Origin: Alphaproteobacteria bacterium | GTDB lineage: Bacteria; Pseudomonadota; Alphaproteobacteria; UBA828 | Direction of reading: 5' to 3' | Length of the DNA stretch: 64,000 nt | Assembly (NCBI GenBank): GCA_963667785.2 | Contig: CAXXMU010000006.1 | Coordinates: 1,120,001-1,184,000 of the forward strand | Part shown: piece after piece, positions 28,500-38,054 of the stretch | Layout of the letters: each line of letters opens with the position of its first letter | Numbering within the stretch: position 1 is the first letter of the stretch | Notes under the pieces: model-generated | Database searches by the model: none | What the model was told of the DNA's origin: nothing | Seen by the model: the letters and a program-made list of their open reading frames with translations, nothing else | Translations under genes and position numbers: made by a program

Positions 28500-29519
28500 A
28501 TGCGGAAGGTTCTTCTCGGCACGACCGCCCTGGTCGCGGCCGCCGCTTTCGCCGGGATCGGCGTCGCGCAGGCCGACGACGAGATGGCGGCAGAGCCGAT
28601 CTCGATCAGCGTCGGCGGCTACTACACCGCCGCCATCATCAATGCCGACACCGGCGACGACAGCCGTGGTCACAGCATCCAGCAGAACAACGAGTTCAAC
28701 CTCGGCGGCTCGACCACGCTCGACAACGGCATGACCGCCGGCGTCCGTGCGCGGCTCACCACGAACGACTACGAGCACTCCGACGAGCGCGAGGTCTTCT
28801 TCAGCGGCGGCTTCGGTTCGATCCACCTCGGCAACATCGAGGGCGCGGCGCAGCAGAACGACACCTGGGTGCCGGGCAACAGCGCGGCGATCGGCGGCAT
28901 CAAGTCGCCGTGGTTCGGCGGCATCATGGGCGGCTGGACGACCAACGCCATCATGAACGAGGACTCCACCAAAATCGTGTACTTCGCGCCGAGCTTCAAC
29001 GGCATCGGCTTGGCGGTCAGCTATGCGCCGGAGAACTCGACCCAGTCCTACGCCAGCGACAGCACGGCCGACGGCCACAACTCCGAGCAGATGTCGGCTT
29101 CGCTGAGCTACTCGATGGATGTGGGCGGCGGCACCGTCAGCGCCAACGTCGGCACGGAGATGTACACGGCCGAAGCCGACGACATGGGCAATGTCGGCGA
29201 CGATCCCTCGGCGATGCGCTACGGCCTCGTGGTCAGCATCGACCAGATCGGGATCGGCGGCGCCATCCACGAGCAGGATATGGGTGCCACGACGAACACC
29301 TATTCGACGTATGGCATCTCCTGGTCCGAGGGCCCGCTGATGATCGGCGTCCAGTACGGCAGCAACGAGCAAGGCGAGGATTCGACGACCCAGACCGCGC
29401 TCAACCTCAACTACAACCTGGGCCCCGGCGTCGATCTCGGCGTGCAGGCTGCCAACATCGAGCCCGATGGCGGCGGCGGCTACTCGCAGATCCTGCTCGG
29501 CACCTGGTTCGCCTTCTAG
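28500..29519 (+). CDS. porin (copy 2), close paralogue of 2842-3861 in inverted orientation
   Basis: Same length (339 aa), long identical blocks. Confidence 0.9.
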   Translation: MRKVLLGTTALVAAAAFAGIGVAQADDEMAAEPISISVGGYYTAAIINADTGDDSRGHSIQQNNEFNLGGSTTLDNGMTAGVRARLTTNDYEHSDEREVFFSGGFGSIHLGNIEGAAQQNDTWVPGNSAAIGGIKSPWFGGIMGGWTTNAIMNEDSTKIVYFAPSFNGIGLAVSYAPENSTQSYASDSTADGHNSEQMSASLSYSMDVGGGTVSANVGTEMYTAEADDMGNVGDDPSAMRYGLVVSIDQIGIGGAIHEQDMGATTNTYSTYGISWSEGPLMIGVQYGSNEQGEDSTTQTALNLNYNLGPGVDLGVQAANIEPDGGGGYSQILLGTWFAF

Positions 29520-29702
29520 CGATCCGCGAACGGCCGGGAAGGGGTGCGGGTTCAGTCCTCGCGAGGGACTCCGCACCGTCCCGTCCCAGGGGAAGCGTCA
29601 CCACCATGCAGGTGGCACCTCTCCGCTGCGCGGCCCCCGGGGCGACATCCCCGGGGGCCATTTTCTTTCGTGCGCCGCGCATCGGCGCGAGGAGGCCCAC
29701 CG

Positions 29703-30461
29703 ATGAAGCATATCGCGATCCTGGCCCTCGGCCTCGCCGTGGTCCTGTCGGCCTGCGGCGGGGGCAGCTCAAAGGTCGTCTCCAAGCCCAATGACGACGA
29801 CGACCCTCCCTCGGTCGGCACCGACCCCCTTGAGGAGATCAACGAGCGCGTGCTCTCGGACGCGATCTTCGATCTCGATGACCGGCGCGTGCGGATGACA
29901 GAGTGGGAGTGCCGCGAGGACCTGTCGTTCATCTGCACCGCACGCCTCGGGCAGCTGGAGGCCTACGCCGATCCCCGCGGCGAGTTCACCTATGAGGTCC
30001 TCGGGGAATGGGAGCACCTGTACGTCGCCGGCGTCCACTACGACGACGGGGTGCTGTTCGCGGCCACCGCCGGCGTGAGGCACCCGGAAGCCAGCCTCCC
30101 CTCCGGCAGCGCCATGTGGACGGGGAACATGGTCGGCGTCCACCGCCCGCCGGAGACGCCGATGGACGAGCCCGGCCAGGTCGTGCGCGGCGGCGCGGAG
30201 ATCACCCTGGTCGACTTCCAGGACCCCGCCATCGACGTGGTGCTGAGCCCTGAATCGCTGGACGTGATGGAGTGGCGAGACATCCCGGTGAAGGACGGCA
30301 CGTTCTCCCAGGAAGGGGCGACGACGACGGATGCCCCGTGGCCGGGGCCGCCGAACCGGGCCGCCTACATCCAGGGCGTGTTCTACGGCCCCAACGCCGA
30401 GGAAGTGGGCGGGGTGTTCGAGGACGCGGGGATCGTCGGAGCCTTCGCGGCCGGCCGCTGA
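29703..30461 (+). CDS. TbpB-like surface lipoprotein
   Basis: AGGAGG RBS, lipobox LSAC, GVFYGPNAEEVGGVF..IVGAFAAGR. Confidence 0.8.
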   Translation: MKHIAILALGLAVVLSACGGGSSKVVSKPNDDDDPPSVGTDPLEEINERVLSDAIFDLDDRRVRMTEWECREDLSFICTARLGQLEAYADPRGEFTYEVLGEWEHLYVAGVHYDDGVLFAATAGVRHPEASLPSGSAMWTGNMVGVHRPPETPMDEPGQVVRGGAEITLVDFQDPAIDVVLSPESLDVMEWRDIPVKDGTFSQEGATTTDAPWPGPPNRAAYIQGVFYGPNAEEVGGVFEDAGIVGAFAAGR

Positions 30462-30489
30462 AGACAGCTGGCGGGCGAGATCGGGGGAG

Positions 30490-30783
30490 TCAGTCCCCGG
30501 CCGGCGCGGCGGCCGCCTCGATCGCGGCCTCCCTCGCCCGCCAATTCATCGTCTCTTCGCGGCACCCCTGCCACGCCTCGGCGCACTTCGCATGGGCGTT
30601 CACCGCCTGGCGGGGCGTCTCGGGGCGCTCGAGCGGGCAGGTGTCCGTCGCCCGCGCCATGCAGGTCACCGGCGGGCGATCGGGCGAGGGAGCCTGGATG
30701 ACGGTCGTGCGGTCGCCGCCGCCGAGGCCGCAGCCGGCGAGGGCCAGGATCGCGATGCAGGATATGCAGATTGATTTCTGCAT
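30490..30783 (-). CDS. putative o-spanin (lipoprotein)
   Basis: Lipobox LAGC, Pro/Cys-rich, last gene of the lysis cassette. Confidence 0.6.
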   Translation of the reverse strand: MQKSICISCIAILALAGCGLGGGDRTTVIQAPSPDRPPVTCMARATDTCPLERPETPRQAVNAHAKCAEAWQGCREETMNWRAREAAIEAAAAPAGD

Positions 30784-30794
30784 CGTGCGGGAAA

Positions 30795-31157
30795 CTATCC
30801 TGCGTCGGCCGGCGGCCAGGGGAGCGGGCTGTCCCAGGTGCAACGTCCCGCTTCCGGCACCTCGTCTGCCTCGCTCTGCGGCGGCGCGGGAGCGAGGCTG
30901 AGCTCGTCGACCTGGGCCCGCAGCGCGGCGGTCTGCTCGCGCTCGTCGGCCAGGTCCGCGCTCACCCGGGCGTAGGCTGCCCGCGTCCCCTTCTGTGCCT
31001 CGTGGCCGGTCTCGATCGTGGCGCGGAGGTTGCGCGCCTCGGCATCCTCGGCGCCCTCCTGGTAGACGCATTCGTACAGGCTGCCCACGGCGGCCAGAAG
31101 CACCCCGCCGATCAGAGCGAACTTCAGGAGGCCGAGGCTGGCGCCGAAGCCGAGCAT
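30795..31157 (-). CDS. putative i-spanin
   Basis: N-terminal TM plus coiled coil, follows endolysin. Confidence 0.6.
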   Translation of the reverse strand: MLGFGASLGLLKFALIGGVLLAAVGSLYECVYQEGAEDAEARNLRATIETGHEAQKGTRAAYARVSADLADEREQTAALRAQVDELSLAPAPPQSEADEVPEAGRCTWDSPLPWPPADAG

Positions 31158-31879
31158 CACTGGCACACCGCCGGCTTGAGCTCGGGCAGGGGCACGTCGT
31201 CGTTCGCCGGATCGGGCGGGAAGCCTGTGAAGCGGCTGATCCGCTTCACATATCCCCGCGTCTCGTCCGCGTGCCGGCCCGTGCACAGGTGGAGCGAGGG
31301 CTCGATGCCGTTCCAGAGCAGCGCCCCCTGCGCCCGGCGCTGACCGCAGAGGATGCTGCCGAGGCCGGCGTTGTAGCTGGCCCAGGCCAACCGGAAGCCC
31401 TCGGCCTCGGGCCGCGGCGACGACCACTGCTTCCGCAGCCCGATCATGTAGACGGCCTGCGCCTCGACGGAATCCCTCGCGTCGAAGGGATCCAGCCTGC
31501 GGCCGAGCTTCCGCGCCACCTCGGCGAGGGTCGGGTCCATGAACTGCGTGAGTCCCTTCGCGCCGACCGGCGACGTCGCCCGTGGCTTCAGGCCGCTCTC
31601 AGCCGCCGCCTGCGCTTTCAGCCAGCACCAGTTGCGCTCGATCGGTGCCGGCCAGTGCTTCGACGCGGCACGGCGGAACAGGTCGTCGAACTGGCGGTTG
31701 CTCCGGTAGACGGCCGGGAGGTTCGGGCAGTCGCCCTGCGGCACCACGAGCGGCGAGCGGTTGGGGCTCTCGAGGGCATTCGCGTCCGGCGGCCATATGA
31801 ACAGAGCCGCCACAAAGGCGGTGGCCACGATCAAGAGCATGACGCCCGCCATCCGCACCAATTCCCCCGGAGTGCTCAT
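31157..31879 (-). CDS. SLT-domain lytic transglycosylase (endolysin)
   Basis: AESG, GAKGLTQFM, ASYNAG, ETRGYV; N-terminal TM/signal. Confidence 0.88.
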   Translation of the reverse strand: MSTPGELVRMAGVMLLIVATAFVAALFIWPPDANALESPNRSPLVVPQGDCPNLPAVYRSNRQFDDLFRRAASKHWPAPIERNWCWLKAQAAAESGLKPRATSPVGAKGLTQFMDPTLAEVARKLGRRLDPFDARDSVEAQAVYMIGLRKQWSSPRPEAEGFRLAWASYNAGLGSILCGQRRAQGALLWNGIEPSLHLCTGRHADETRGYVKRISRFTGFPPDPANDDVPLPELKPAVCQ

Positions 31880-31885
31880 GGTAGC

Positions 31886-32647
31886 CTACCCGTGCGGCGT
31901 GGCGAGGCTCGCGATCACCATGTAGACGCCGATGATGTAGGCCGCAGTCGGCAGCGCGCCGGCGAGCAGGACCAGGCCGGCCTGCTTCTCCGCGTCGCGC
32001 TCGGGCTGGGTCATGGCGTCCTCGAGAGCGCCGGCGGCACGCTTCGTCCACGCCTGCCGCAGGTGCTGCACGGCATCGCGGATCTCGTCGATGTTCGGCA
32101 GCAGGCCCTTCTCGACCGCCTTGCGGTGCAGGAGGAGGCCGAAGCCGATGGCGAGCAGAAAGCCGACCACCATGTTGATCGCGCTCACGATCAGGTGGTC
32201 GAGCGCGTTGTCGCCGTGGTCAGGCTGCGTCGCCGCATGGAGCGCCGCGGCCTTCTCGTCGACGATCCGCGAGAGCTGTTGCGCCACCAGGTCGACGCTT
32301 GCCGGGTCGAGCACGACCGCCTCCGCGCCGTGGGCGTCGGGCGCAAGCACCGCGCCGGCTCCAAGGGCCATGACGCCGACCATGAGAACCAGCACCAGGT
32401 GGCGCGCCAGGATCGTGATGGGAGAGGCCAGCACGCAGATGGCCAGCACGCCGCCCATCGCCCACTCGACCGGCTGGCACCGCCAGCGCGTCCCGGAGAG
32501 CCGACCTCGCAGAAGGTCCGGGAGCCACCAGACCACCAGATCAAGGATGCCCTCGAGACCGAGGCCTCGCGGCCGCTCGCGGAGACGGAGATAGAGCACG
32601 CCGATGGCCAGATAGATGGCGATGGCGCAGGCTGCGATGACGATCAT
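31886..32647 (-). CDS. multi-TM membrane protein, holin candidate
   Basis: Several hydrophobic segments; directly upstream of endolysin. Confidence 0.5.
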   Translation of the reverse strand: MIVIAACAIAIYLAIGVLYLRLRERPRGLGLEGILDLVVWWLPDLLRGRLSGTRWRCQPVEWAMGGVLAICVLASPITILARHLVLVLMVGVMALGAGAVLAPDAHGAEAVVLDPASVDLVAQQLSRIVDEKAAALHAATQPDHGDNALDHLIVSAINMVVGFLLAIGFGLLLHRKAVEKGLLPNIDEIRDAVQHLRQAWTKRAAGALEDAMTQPERDAEKQAGLVLLAGALPTAAYIIGVYMVIASLATPHG

Positions 32648-32754
32648 GGTGGCGTTCTCCGTTTCTGTCTGACGGCGCCGGAGTCCTTGCAAGCGCCCCC
32701 GCGCTCGGCTACGATCTGTCCGTTCAGCAAGAGTCCTCTAGCGGCGTGTGTTCC

Positions 32755-32789
32755 GAGCCGGGGCCCTCATTGGCCCCGGCTCTTTTTTC
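32755..32789 (+). terminator. hairpin terminator (T-run on plus strand)
   Basis: GAGCCGGGGCC-ctcatt-GGCCCCGGCTC-TTTTTT. Confidence 0.6.
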
Positions 32790-32831
32790 ATGCCGCTACG
32801 CTCGGCCCGCGCATCGTTCCTCTCTCGGTCC

Positions 32832-32906
32832 TGGTTGCGGGGGCAGGAATTGCACCTGCGACCTCGTGGTTATGAGCCACGCGAGCTACTGCTGTTCCAC
32901 CCCGCA
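32832..32906 (-). tRNA. tRNA-Met(CAT), initiator-like, CCA encoded
   Basis: TGCGGGGTGGAACAGCAGTAGCTCGCGTGGCTCATAACCACGAGGTCGCAGGTGCAATTCCTGCCCCCGCAACCA folds as a cloverleaf. Confidence 0.9.
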
Positions 32907-32930
32907 TCTGCAGCCTGTTTCCTCGGCGAC

Positions 32931-32946
32931 CGGAATCCTTGTCAAG
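32931..32946 (-). promoter_or_regulatory. phage promoter motif CTTGACAAGGATTCCG
   Basis: Copies or variants at 32679, 36020, 41391, 42904 and 54107, all upstream of minus-strand genes. Confidence 0.75.
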
Positions 32947-33064
32947 CGATTCCGATGGCTGCGCGGCCTCACTCGACGGTCTCCGTCTGGATCCGGTGCT
33001 GCAGGTTGGCGACCGCGCCTAACAGTGGGAACACATGCTCCTCGGATACGTAGGCGCTCCACAG

Positions 33065-33439
33065 CTACTCGCGCACGACGACCGAGTAGAGCAGCGCCGT
33101 GCCTCCCGGTTTTACCGTGCCGACCTCTTTCACGTTGTAGATGGCTCCGCTGACCGTCACTTTATCGCCCGGGCGGGGCTGCACGGTCAGCGTGGTCGCA
33201 CCGATCAAGAGCTTGTGATCTCCGTCTTCCACAAGCCCCGCCGCGCGCTCCTCAGCCGAAAACTCTCCCCAGATGCAGACGAATTCATAGGAGGCCGTGG
33301 TTTCGCCCGTCGGCGCATAGCTCGGGCCGGAGTGGCCCGTGACGCGGGTGAGCGTGCCGCGGAGCTGGCCGGCGCCGAAGCGCGTCCCGGCGCGGGACAG
33401 GATGCCTTCGACGCGCTTGGCGAAGGCCGTGCCGGTCAT
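33065..33439 (-). CDS. head-closure / head-tail joining protein
   Basis: GLVEDGDHKLLI..PRPGDKV..VKPGGTALLY; synteny. Confidence 0.7.
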   Translation of the reverse strand: MTGTAFAKRVEGILSRAGTRFGAGQLRGTLTRVTGHSGPSYAPTGETTASYEFVCIWGEFSAEERAAGLVEDGDHKLLIGATTLTVQPRPGDKVTVSGAIYNVKEVGTVKPGGTALLYSVVVRE

Positions 33440-34086
33440 CCCCTTACCGCCAAACTGCTCACTCGGCTCCCCCCGGCCCCGCCCCCGCCCCCGCCCGCTG
33501 CGGTGTCGAGGAACTCGCCGATCAGGTCCTGCACCAGGAGAAGAACCGGCCGGGCGCCGTAGGCGTCCTGGCGGCTGGTATCGTAGGTAACGGCGACCGG
33601 GCCCGCCTTCTCCATCTTGACCCGGTCGTGAGCCGTGTAGGCAGGCTGGAGTGCGGACGGGTTTTCGAGCTCGTAGAATGCCGCCTCGGCGGTCGCCCAC
33701 TTAAGCCTGCGCGGGATGCTGCCCTCGCCGCTGTTCGGCACGTAGGCTCCCTCGCGGTCATAGACGCCGTATCGGGGCCAGGCGAGCGCTTGGAAGTGAT
33801 CCACGCCGTCGCGCGTCGAATTCCGTCCGTAGGTGCGGTAGCCCTTCCAGCGGAAGGATTCAGACAGGTACTGCGTCGCGCGGACGATCGCGGCGTCGAT
33901 CTGGGCGGCAACGTAGGATGTCTGCCCGACCAAGAGCGGATCGTCGTCCGCGAAGCTCGACGGGTGGTCGGTCTTCCCAGGCACCGTTCCCCGGCCACGC
34001 TCGACCCAATACTGCAGGGCGTAGACGTGGCTGATGAACGCGTTGGCGTCTTCTCGTCCGGTGCCGTCTTCAACGATGAGGGGCAT
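33436..34086 (-). CDS. head-tail adaptor (DnaT-like family)
   Basis: MPLIVEDGTG..ANAF, QALAWPR, EKAGPVAVTY. Confidence 0.8.
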   Translation of the reverse strand: MPLIVEDGTGREDANAFISHVYALQYWVERGRGTVPGKTDHPSSFADDDPLLVGQTSYVAAQIDAAIVRATQYLSESFRWKGYRTYGRNSTRDGVDHFQALAWPRYGVYDREGAYVPNSGEGSIPRRLKWATAEAAFYELENPSALQPAYTAHDRVKMEKAGPVAVTYDTSRQDAYGARPVLLLVQDLIGEFLDTAAGGGGGGAGGSRVSSLAVRG

Positions 34087-34099
34087 GGCCCCGCGACTT

Positions 34100-34684
34100 C
34101 TACCCGTCGGTCAGCGCAGCTTCGGCTTCGTCGCGCTCGGCGGCCGAAATGTCGTAGCCGAGGATCGCCTCGATGGCCTCCACCTGTGGCTTGCCGCTCT
34201 TGGTGAAATGATCGGAGTTGTCCCGGTCGAACTTGCCGATCGCGCCCTTGATGGCCTCGAGGCGCTCGGCGGGATCGGTTGGAACCCTCTGCGCCGCTTC
34301 CCGCTGCTGCTTGGCTTCCTCTCTGGCGGCGTTGCGCTCGCGGATGGCTTCCGCGTAGTCCGCCTGGAGCGCCTCGAGCTCGGCCTCTGCGTCCGCCTTG
34401 GCTTTCTCGGCGGCTTCGCGCGCGGCCCGCTCGGCCGCGACGGCCTTCTGCGCCTCATCGAGAGACGCCTCAGCCCTCTCGGCGCGCTCAAGGGCTTCGC
34501 TCGTTTCCTTCCGAGCGCGGGCCATGTCGGCGGCTGGTGCGGCCGCATCGGCCGGTCCGGGAGCCGGCGCCGGCAGCTCTTCGCCCTCGGCGAGGGTCAT
34601 GGTCAGCGCGTCAAAGTCCGACGCATTGATGATCCGGACGTCACCCTCTCCGTCCTGCACTTTCACGGTCGGGATGCGGGCCAT
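34100..34684 (-). CDS. phage hypothetical protein (coiled coil)
   Basis: IINASDFD N-terminus, HFTKSGKP C-terminus; downstream of capsid gene. Confidence 0.7.
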   Translation of the reverse strand: MARIPTVKVQDGEGDVRIINASDFDALTMTLAEGEELPAPAPGPADAAAPAADMARARKETSEALERAERAEASLDEAQKAVAAERAAREAAEKAKADAEAELEALQADYAEAIRERNAAREEAKQQREAAQRVPTDPAERLEAIKGAIGKFDRDNSDHFTKSGKPQVEAIEAILGYDISAAERDEAEAALTDG

Positions 34685-34764
34685 GTCGCTGTTCTCCTGT
34701 CGGTTCGGGGCGGGGCGAGAACCGCGCCGAGGCGCGAGCCCCCGCCCCTATGGGGCTTGAACTG

Positions 34765-35922
34765 TTAGCCGAGCAGAATGGCCAGATGCGCCGGCTTGAT
34801 CACGCTCGACCCCCACGCGATGCCCACCGTGTAGGTCACCTGATGGAACTGGCGGTAGACGGCAATGTCGAACGGGAGCCCGCTGACGGGATCGATGACC
34901 GTCGTGCGATCGTCGGCGGCGTCCCCGCCTTCCGGGATGGCCGGGAGACGGACACCCAGCACGATCGCGTCACGGCTGAACGCCAGGCTGGGCGTGTAGT
35001 CGCCGACGGCCGTGATGGCCGCGTTATCCGCAGCTGCCTCGCGCAGGCCCGGGTTCTGGATGCTCAGCGTGGCCGCCGACGCGGCCATCGCCTTGGCGAC
35101 GTACTTGTTGGTGTCGCCGGCAAGGGTGACGACGTCGCCCGCGTTGAGGATTTCGCCGGCGCCGCCCCCGTCGACGGTCAGGTCGGTGGCCCCGACCGGC
35201 TCGCCGGCGCCCTTGTTGATCGCGACGCCCGAGATGGTGCCCGACGCGTCGTGCTCGGTGAACTGCACGCTCTCGCCGAGATCGAAGTTCAGCAGCATAC
35301 CGACTGCACCCATGCGGCGACCCATCGGAGTGCCATCCTCGTTCACTCGGAAGACCGACGGCTGCTTGCCGCGCAGGTTGGCCGACGCCGCGTCGTTCAG
35401 CACCAGGGAGCGGCCGCTCGGGGGTGCGCCGTTCTGGTCGAGAATCCGCCGCACCTGGGCGATGTCGCTCAGGTCGTCCTTCGTGCCGAAGGGCGTGGTG
35501 CCGGCGGTGCCGTAGGCGCGCGATGCGCCGACGTACCGGTCGCAGAGCTCCTTCTCGATCTTGTTGGCCAGCGTGCGAAACGCCTCCAAGAAGGATTGCG
35601 TCATGAGGTCGTCGTTGGTCCCGGCCACGGAGAGGCCGAGCTCCTCCTCACCCGTGAGGTGGAACGAGTGCACCTCCGAATTGTCGACCGTCAGCGTGAC
35701 ATTCCCGACGTCACGGTCGCTTCCGGTCGGCGCGACGTTGCTCGGCACGATGGGCGCGCTGGTCGCCTTCGGCGCCACGGGGGCGATGATGGATTGCCCC
35801 TTGGCAACGCGCTCGATGCTGGCCGAGCGGGAGACGGCCGGGACCATGCCGGTCATCTCGCGGCTGACCACGTTGAGCGCCGCGAAGATTTTCGGGTACA
35901 GGTTGGTCAGGGTGTTGGCCAT
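34765..35922 (-). CDS. major capsid protein (P22-coat-like)
   Basis: MANTLTNL..ALNVVSRE..PAV, DPVSGLPF..YRQF. Confidence 0.85.
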   Translation of the reverse strand: MANTLTNLYPKIFAALNVVSREMTGMVPAVSRSASIERVAKGQSIIAPVAPKATSAPIVPSNVAPTGSDRDVGNVTLTVDNSEVHSFHLTGEEELGLSVAGTNDDLMTQSFLEAFRTLANKIEKELCDRYVGASRAYGTAGTTPFGTKDDLSDIAQVRRILDQNGAPPSGRSLVLNDAASANLRGKQPSVFRVNEDGTPMGRRMGAVGMLLNFDLGESVQFTEHDASGTISGVAINKGAGEPVGATDLTVDGGGAGEILNAGDVVTLAGDTNKYVAKAMAASAATLSIQNPGLREAAADNAAITAVGDYTPSLAFSRDAIVLGVRLPAIPEGGDAADDRTTVIDPVSGLPFDIAVYRQFHQVTYTVGIAWGSSVIKPAHLAILLG

Positions 35923-36125
35923 GACGGGCTCCCTTCATGTAGCAGTTGGAAGCCATCGTCGGCCGATCAGTGCCGCATCGCGCGGCGATCCAAGGATTCG
36001 AGGGACGCTAGTGCCGCAGCGGAATCCTTGTCAAGCGTCCCTTCCGCACGGGGGGCGACATCGGCGACCCGTGAGGCGTGCCCAAGCCCCGCTCCGATTG
36101 AGTCAACGCCGACGGCACGCAGCGG

Positions 36126-37112
36126 CTAGTACGGTGGCCAGATGCCTTCGCGCACGGTCCATTCTGTCGAGCCCGTTTTGACCGCCGAAAATACGCCGCG
36201 CTGATTGCCTCCGCTGCCGATCATTTCCGACGTTCCGGCGGCGGTCAGGGTCGCGATGCCCCTGCATGAGAACAGCTTGAGCGTCCCGCTGACCCACTTG
36301 AGGTTGACGGAATTGTTGCCCTGCGTACGGCAGGCCAACACCAGTCGGTCGCCGATATTGCCGAGAGCGCCATCAAGCGATACGTCGATTGTTCCGGTGC
36401 TATAGAAGCTGTTCCACTTGCCGATATCGGAAGTGGCGAGAACGTGCGACGCGGTTCTGTGCGTGCCGTTGCTTGGCGGGGTCGCGGCACCCGGAATGTT
36501 GATCGTCTTTTCGGCACCCGCGCCGGAAGCCGTCACACCCGCGCCCGTGAAATTCAGCGTGGTCGCCGCGGTCGCGAGAGCGGTGCCCTCATCTTCGACG
36601 ATGACCGCGCCAGGCGGCGGAGGCGGCGGCGCGCCCGGCGAAACCGGCGGCGCTCCGCTGCGGATAACCGCCGTTTCGTCGATCGCCAGCAACACCCGCA
36701 GCCGGATCGCGTCCGCCGCGCCGCCTACGAGGCGTTTCAGCGATTGCACCAGCACTTGGAAGTAGTACGTCTCGACCGAGCCGTTCTCATCGGGGGGGAG
36801 GCTGACCCGCACCGCATATTTCGACCGCGATGCTGCCGCTTCCTCGAGGACGGCTTGGCCCGCATCGGCTCCGTCGAACAGAAGCTCGACCGCCAGGCTC
36901 CCCTCATCGACGGCGCCTTTGTACTTCTTTGTCCCGCCCCCACTGATCGCGCGAGACCGCACCATTTCATATTCCGGCCCGAACTCGCCGAGATCGACCA
37001 CTTCGCCACATGGCGAGAAGGCCAGCGCCTCGTATTTCGCCTGCGTCGGCGTTCCCGTAACGAGACTCGCCGACATCGCCAGCGTGGTCTTGACGCTGCC
37101 TTTAGTCGCCAT
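36126..37112 (-). CDS. tail-tube paralogue with Pro hinge and C-terminal extension
   Basis: N-half aligns by eye with the tail tube at 63661+ (GEFG.EY, K.KG..D.G, LLFD.ADAGQ, SLKR.VGG..DAI). Confidence 0.75.
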   Translation of the reverse strand: MATKGSVKTTLAMSASLVTGTPTQAKYEALAFSPCGEVVDLGEFGPEYEMVRSRAISGGGTKKYKGAVDEGSLAVELLFDGADAGQAVLEEAAASRSKYAVRVSLPPDENGSVETYYFQVLVQSLKRLVGGAADAIRLRVLLAIDETAVIRSGAPPVSPGAPPPPPPGAVIVEDEGTALATAATTLNFTGAGVTASGAGAEKTINIPGAATPPSNGTHRTASHVLATSDIGKWNSFYSTGTIDVSLDGALGNIGDRLVLACRTQGNNSVNLKWVSGTLKLFSCRGIATLTAAGTSEMIGSGGNQRGVFSAVKTGSTEWTVREGIWPPY

Positions 37113-37179
37113 TGAAACCCGGCCCCATGCTGAGCCGCGCAAGCAGGCGCTGGAATTCGCGGAGAGTCATAAGCTGACG

Positions 37180-37557
37180 CTAACCGGCGGGGTGCGCCTC
37201 GTCGCGGCCGGCCAGATAGCCGCGCAGGTTCGCGATCTCGGCCCGCACGTCGCTGACGCCCTGATGCAGCGGCCGGCGGGCCTCAGCCTCGTCTTCCTTG
37301 AGGCTCGCAAGGTCCTTGGCGATCTCGCCGGCGAGCTGGTTGTGCTGCTCGGTCTGGACGCGCTCGGACTCCTCCACGCGGAGCCGGACGCCCTCGATGA
37401 GCTCCTTGATCTCCGGGTCGCGCTGCTGGAGCGCCTTGAGTTCCCCCTCGACCTTCGTCTTCCAGATGACGGCCCGCACCAGGTGGGTGATGAAGGCGCC
37501 GATCAGGAGCAACAGCGTCGAGGCGATCAGGACGACGTACTCGGGGTGGAGCTCCAT
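37180..37557 (-). CDS. TM plus coiled-coil protein
   Basis: N-terminal hydrophobic helix. Confidence 0.65.
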   Translation of the reverse strand: MELHPEYVVLIASTLLLLIGAFITHLVRAVIWKTKVEGELKALQQRDPEIKELIEGVRLRVEESERVQTEQHNQLAGEIAKDLASLKEDEAEARRPLHQGVSDVRAEIANLRGYLAGRDEAHPAG

Positions 37558-37596
37558 GATCGGGCCTTCCGTGTGGTTGCCCCGGCAGGGCGGGCG

Positions 37597-38054
37597 CTAC
37601 GGTCGCAGCCGCTTCTCCATCCAGCCGCGGTAGGTGATGTAGGCGACCAGCCGCTCCATCACGTCGTCGCCGTACCAGCGGACTTGGGCCTGCTCGCCGA
37701 CCACGGCCTGCAGGCGCTCGTAGACGCGGACCTCCGCCGGGACGATCCCCCAGAGACGGTCGCAGAGCTGATGCACAGTCTCGGGCGACTGCTCGACCAG
37801 GCCGACGATCCCGCCAGCGTTCCGCCCGCAGGCTGGTAGAGCAGGTTGATCGTGACGTCGAGCAGCGCGCGGTTGCGGATATAGGCGTCGGACGCGCTGC
37901 CAGCCTCGGCGACGTCCGGCTGCACGTTCACCTCTACCCCTTCCTCGACGCCATCGAGCTTGGTTTCGTCCAAGACGGTGAAGGGGTTGGCGACCTTGAG
38001 GGGGTCGCCGGCGACGCCGGTGCCGGTCAGGGTTCCGTCATGCACAACGGTCAT
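37597..38054 (-). pseudogene. frameshifted fibre-like fragment
   Basis: HDGTLTGTG..DPLKV, KLDGVEEG.EVNVQPD..SDAYIRN; coding-like frame switches near 37810. Confidence 0.45.
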
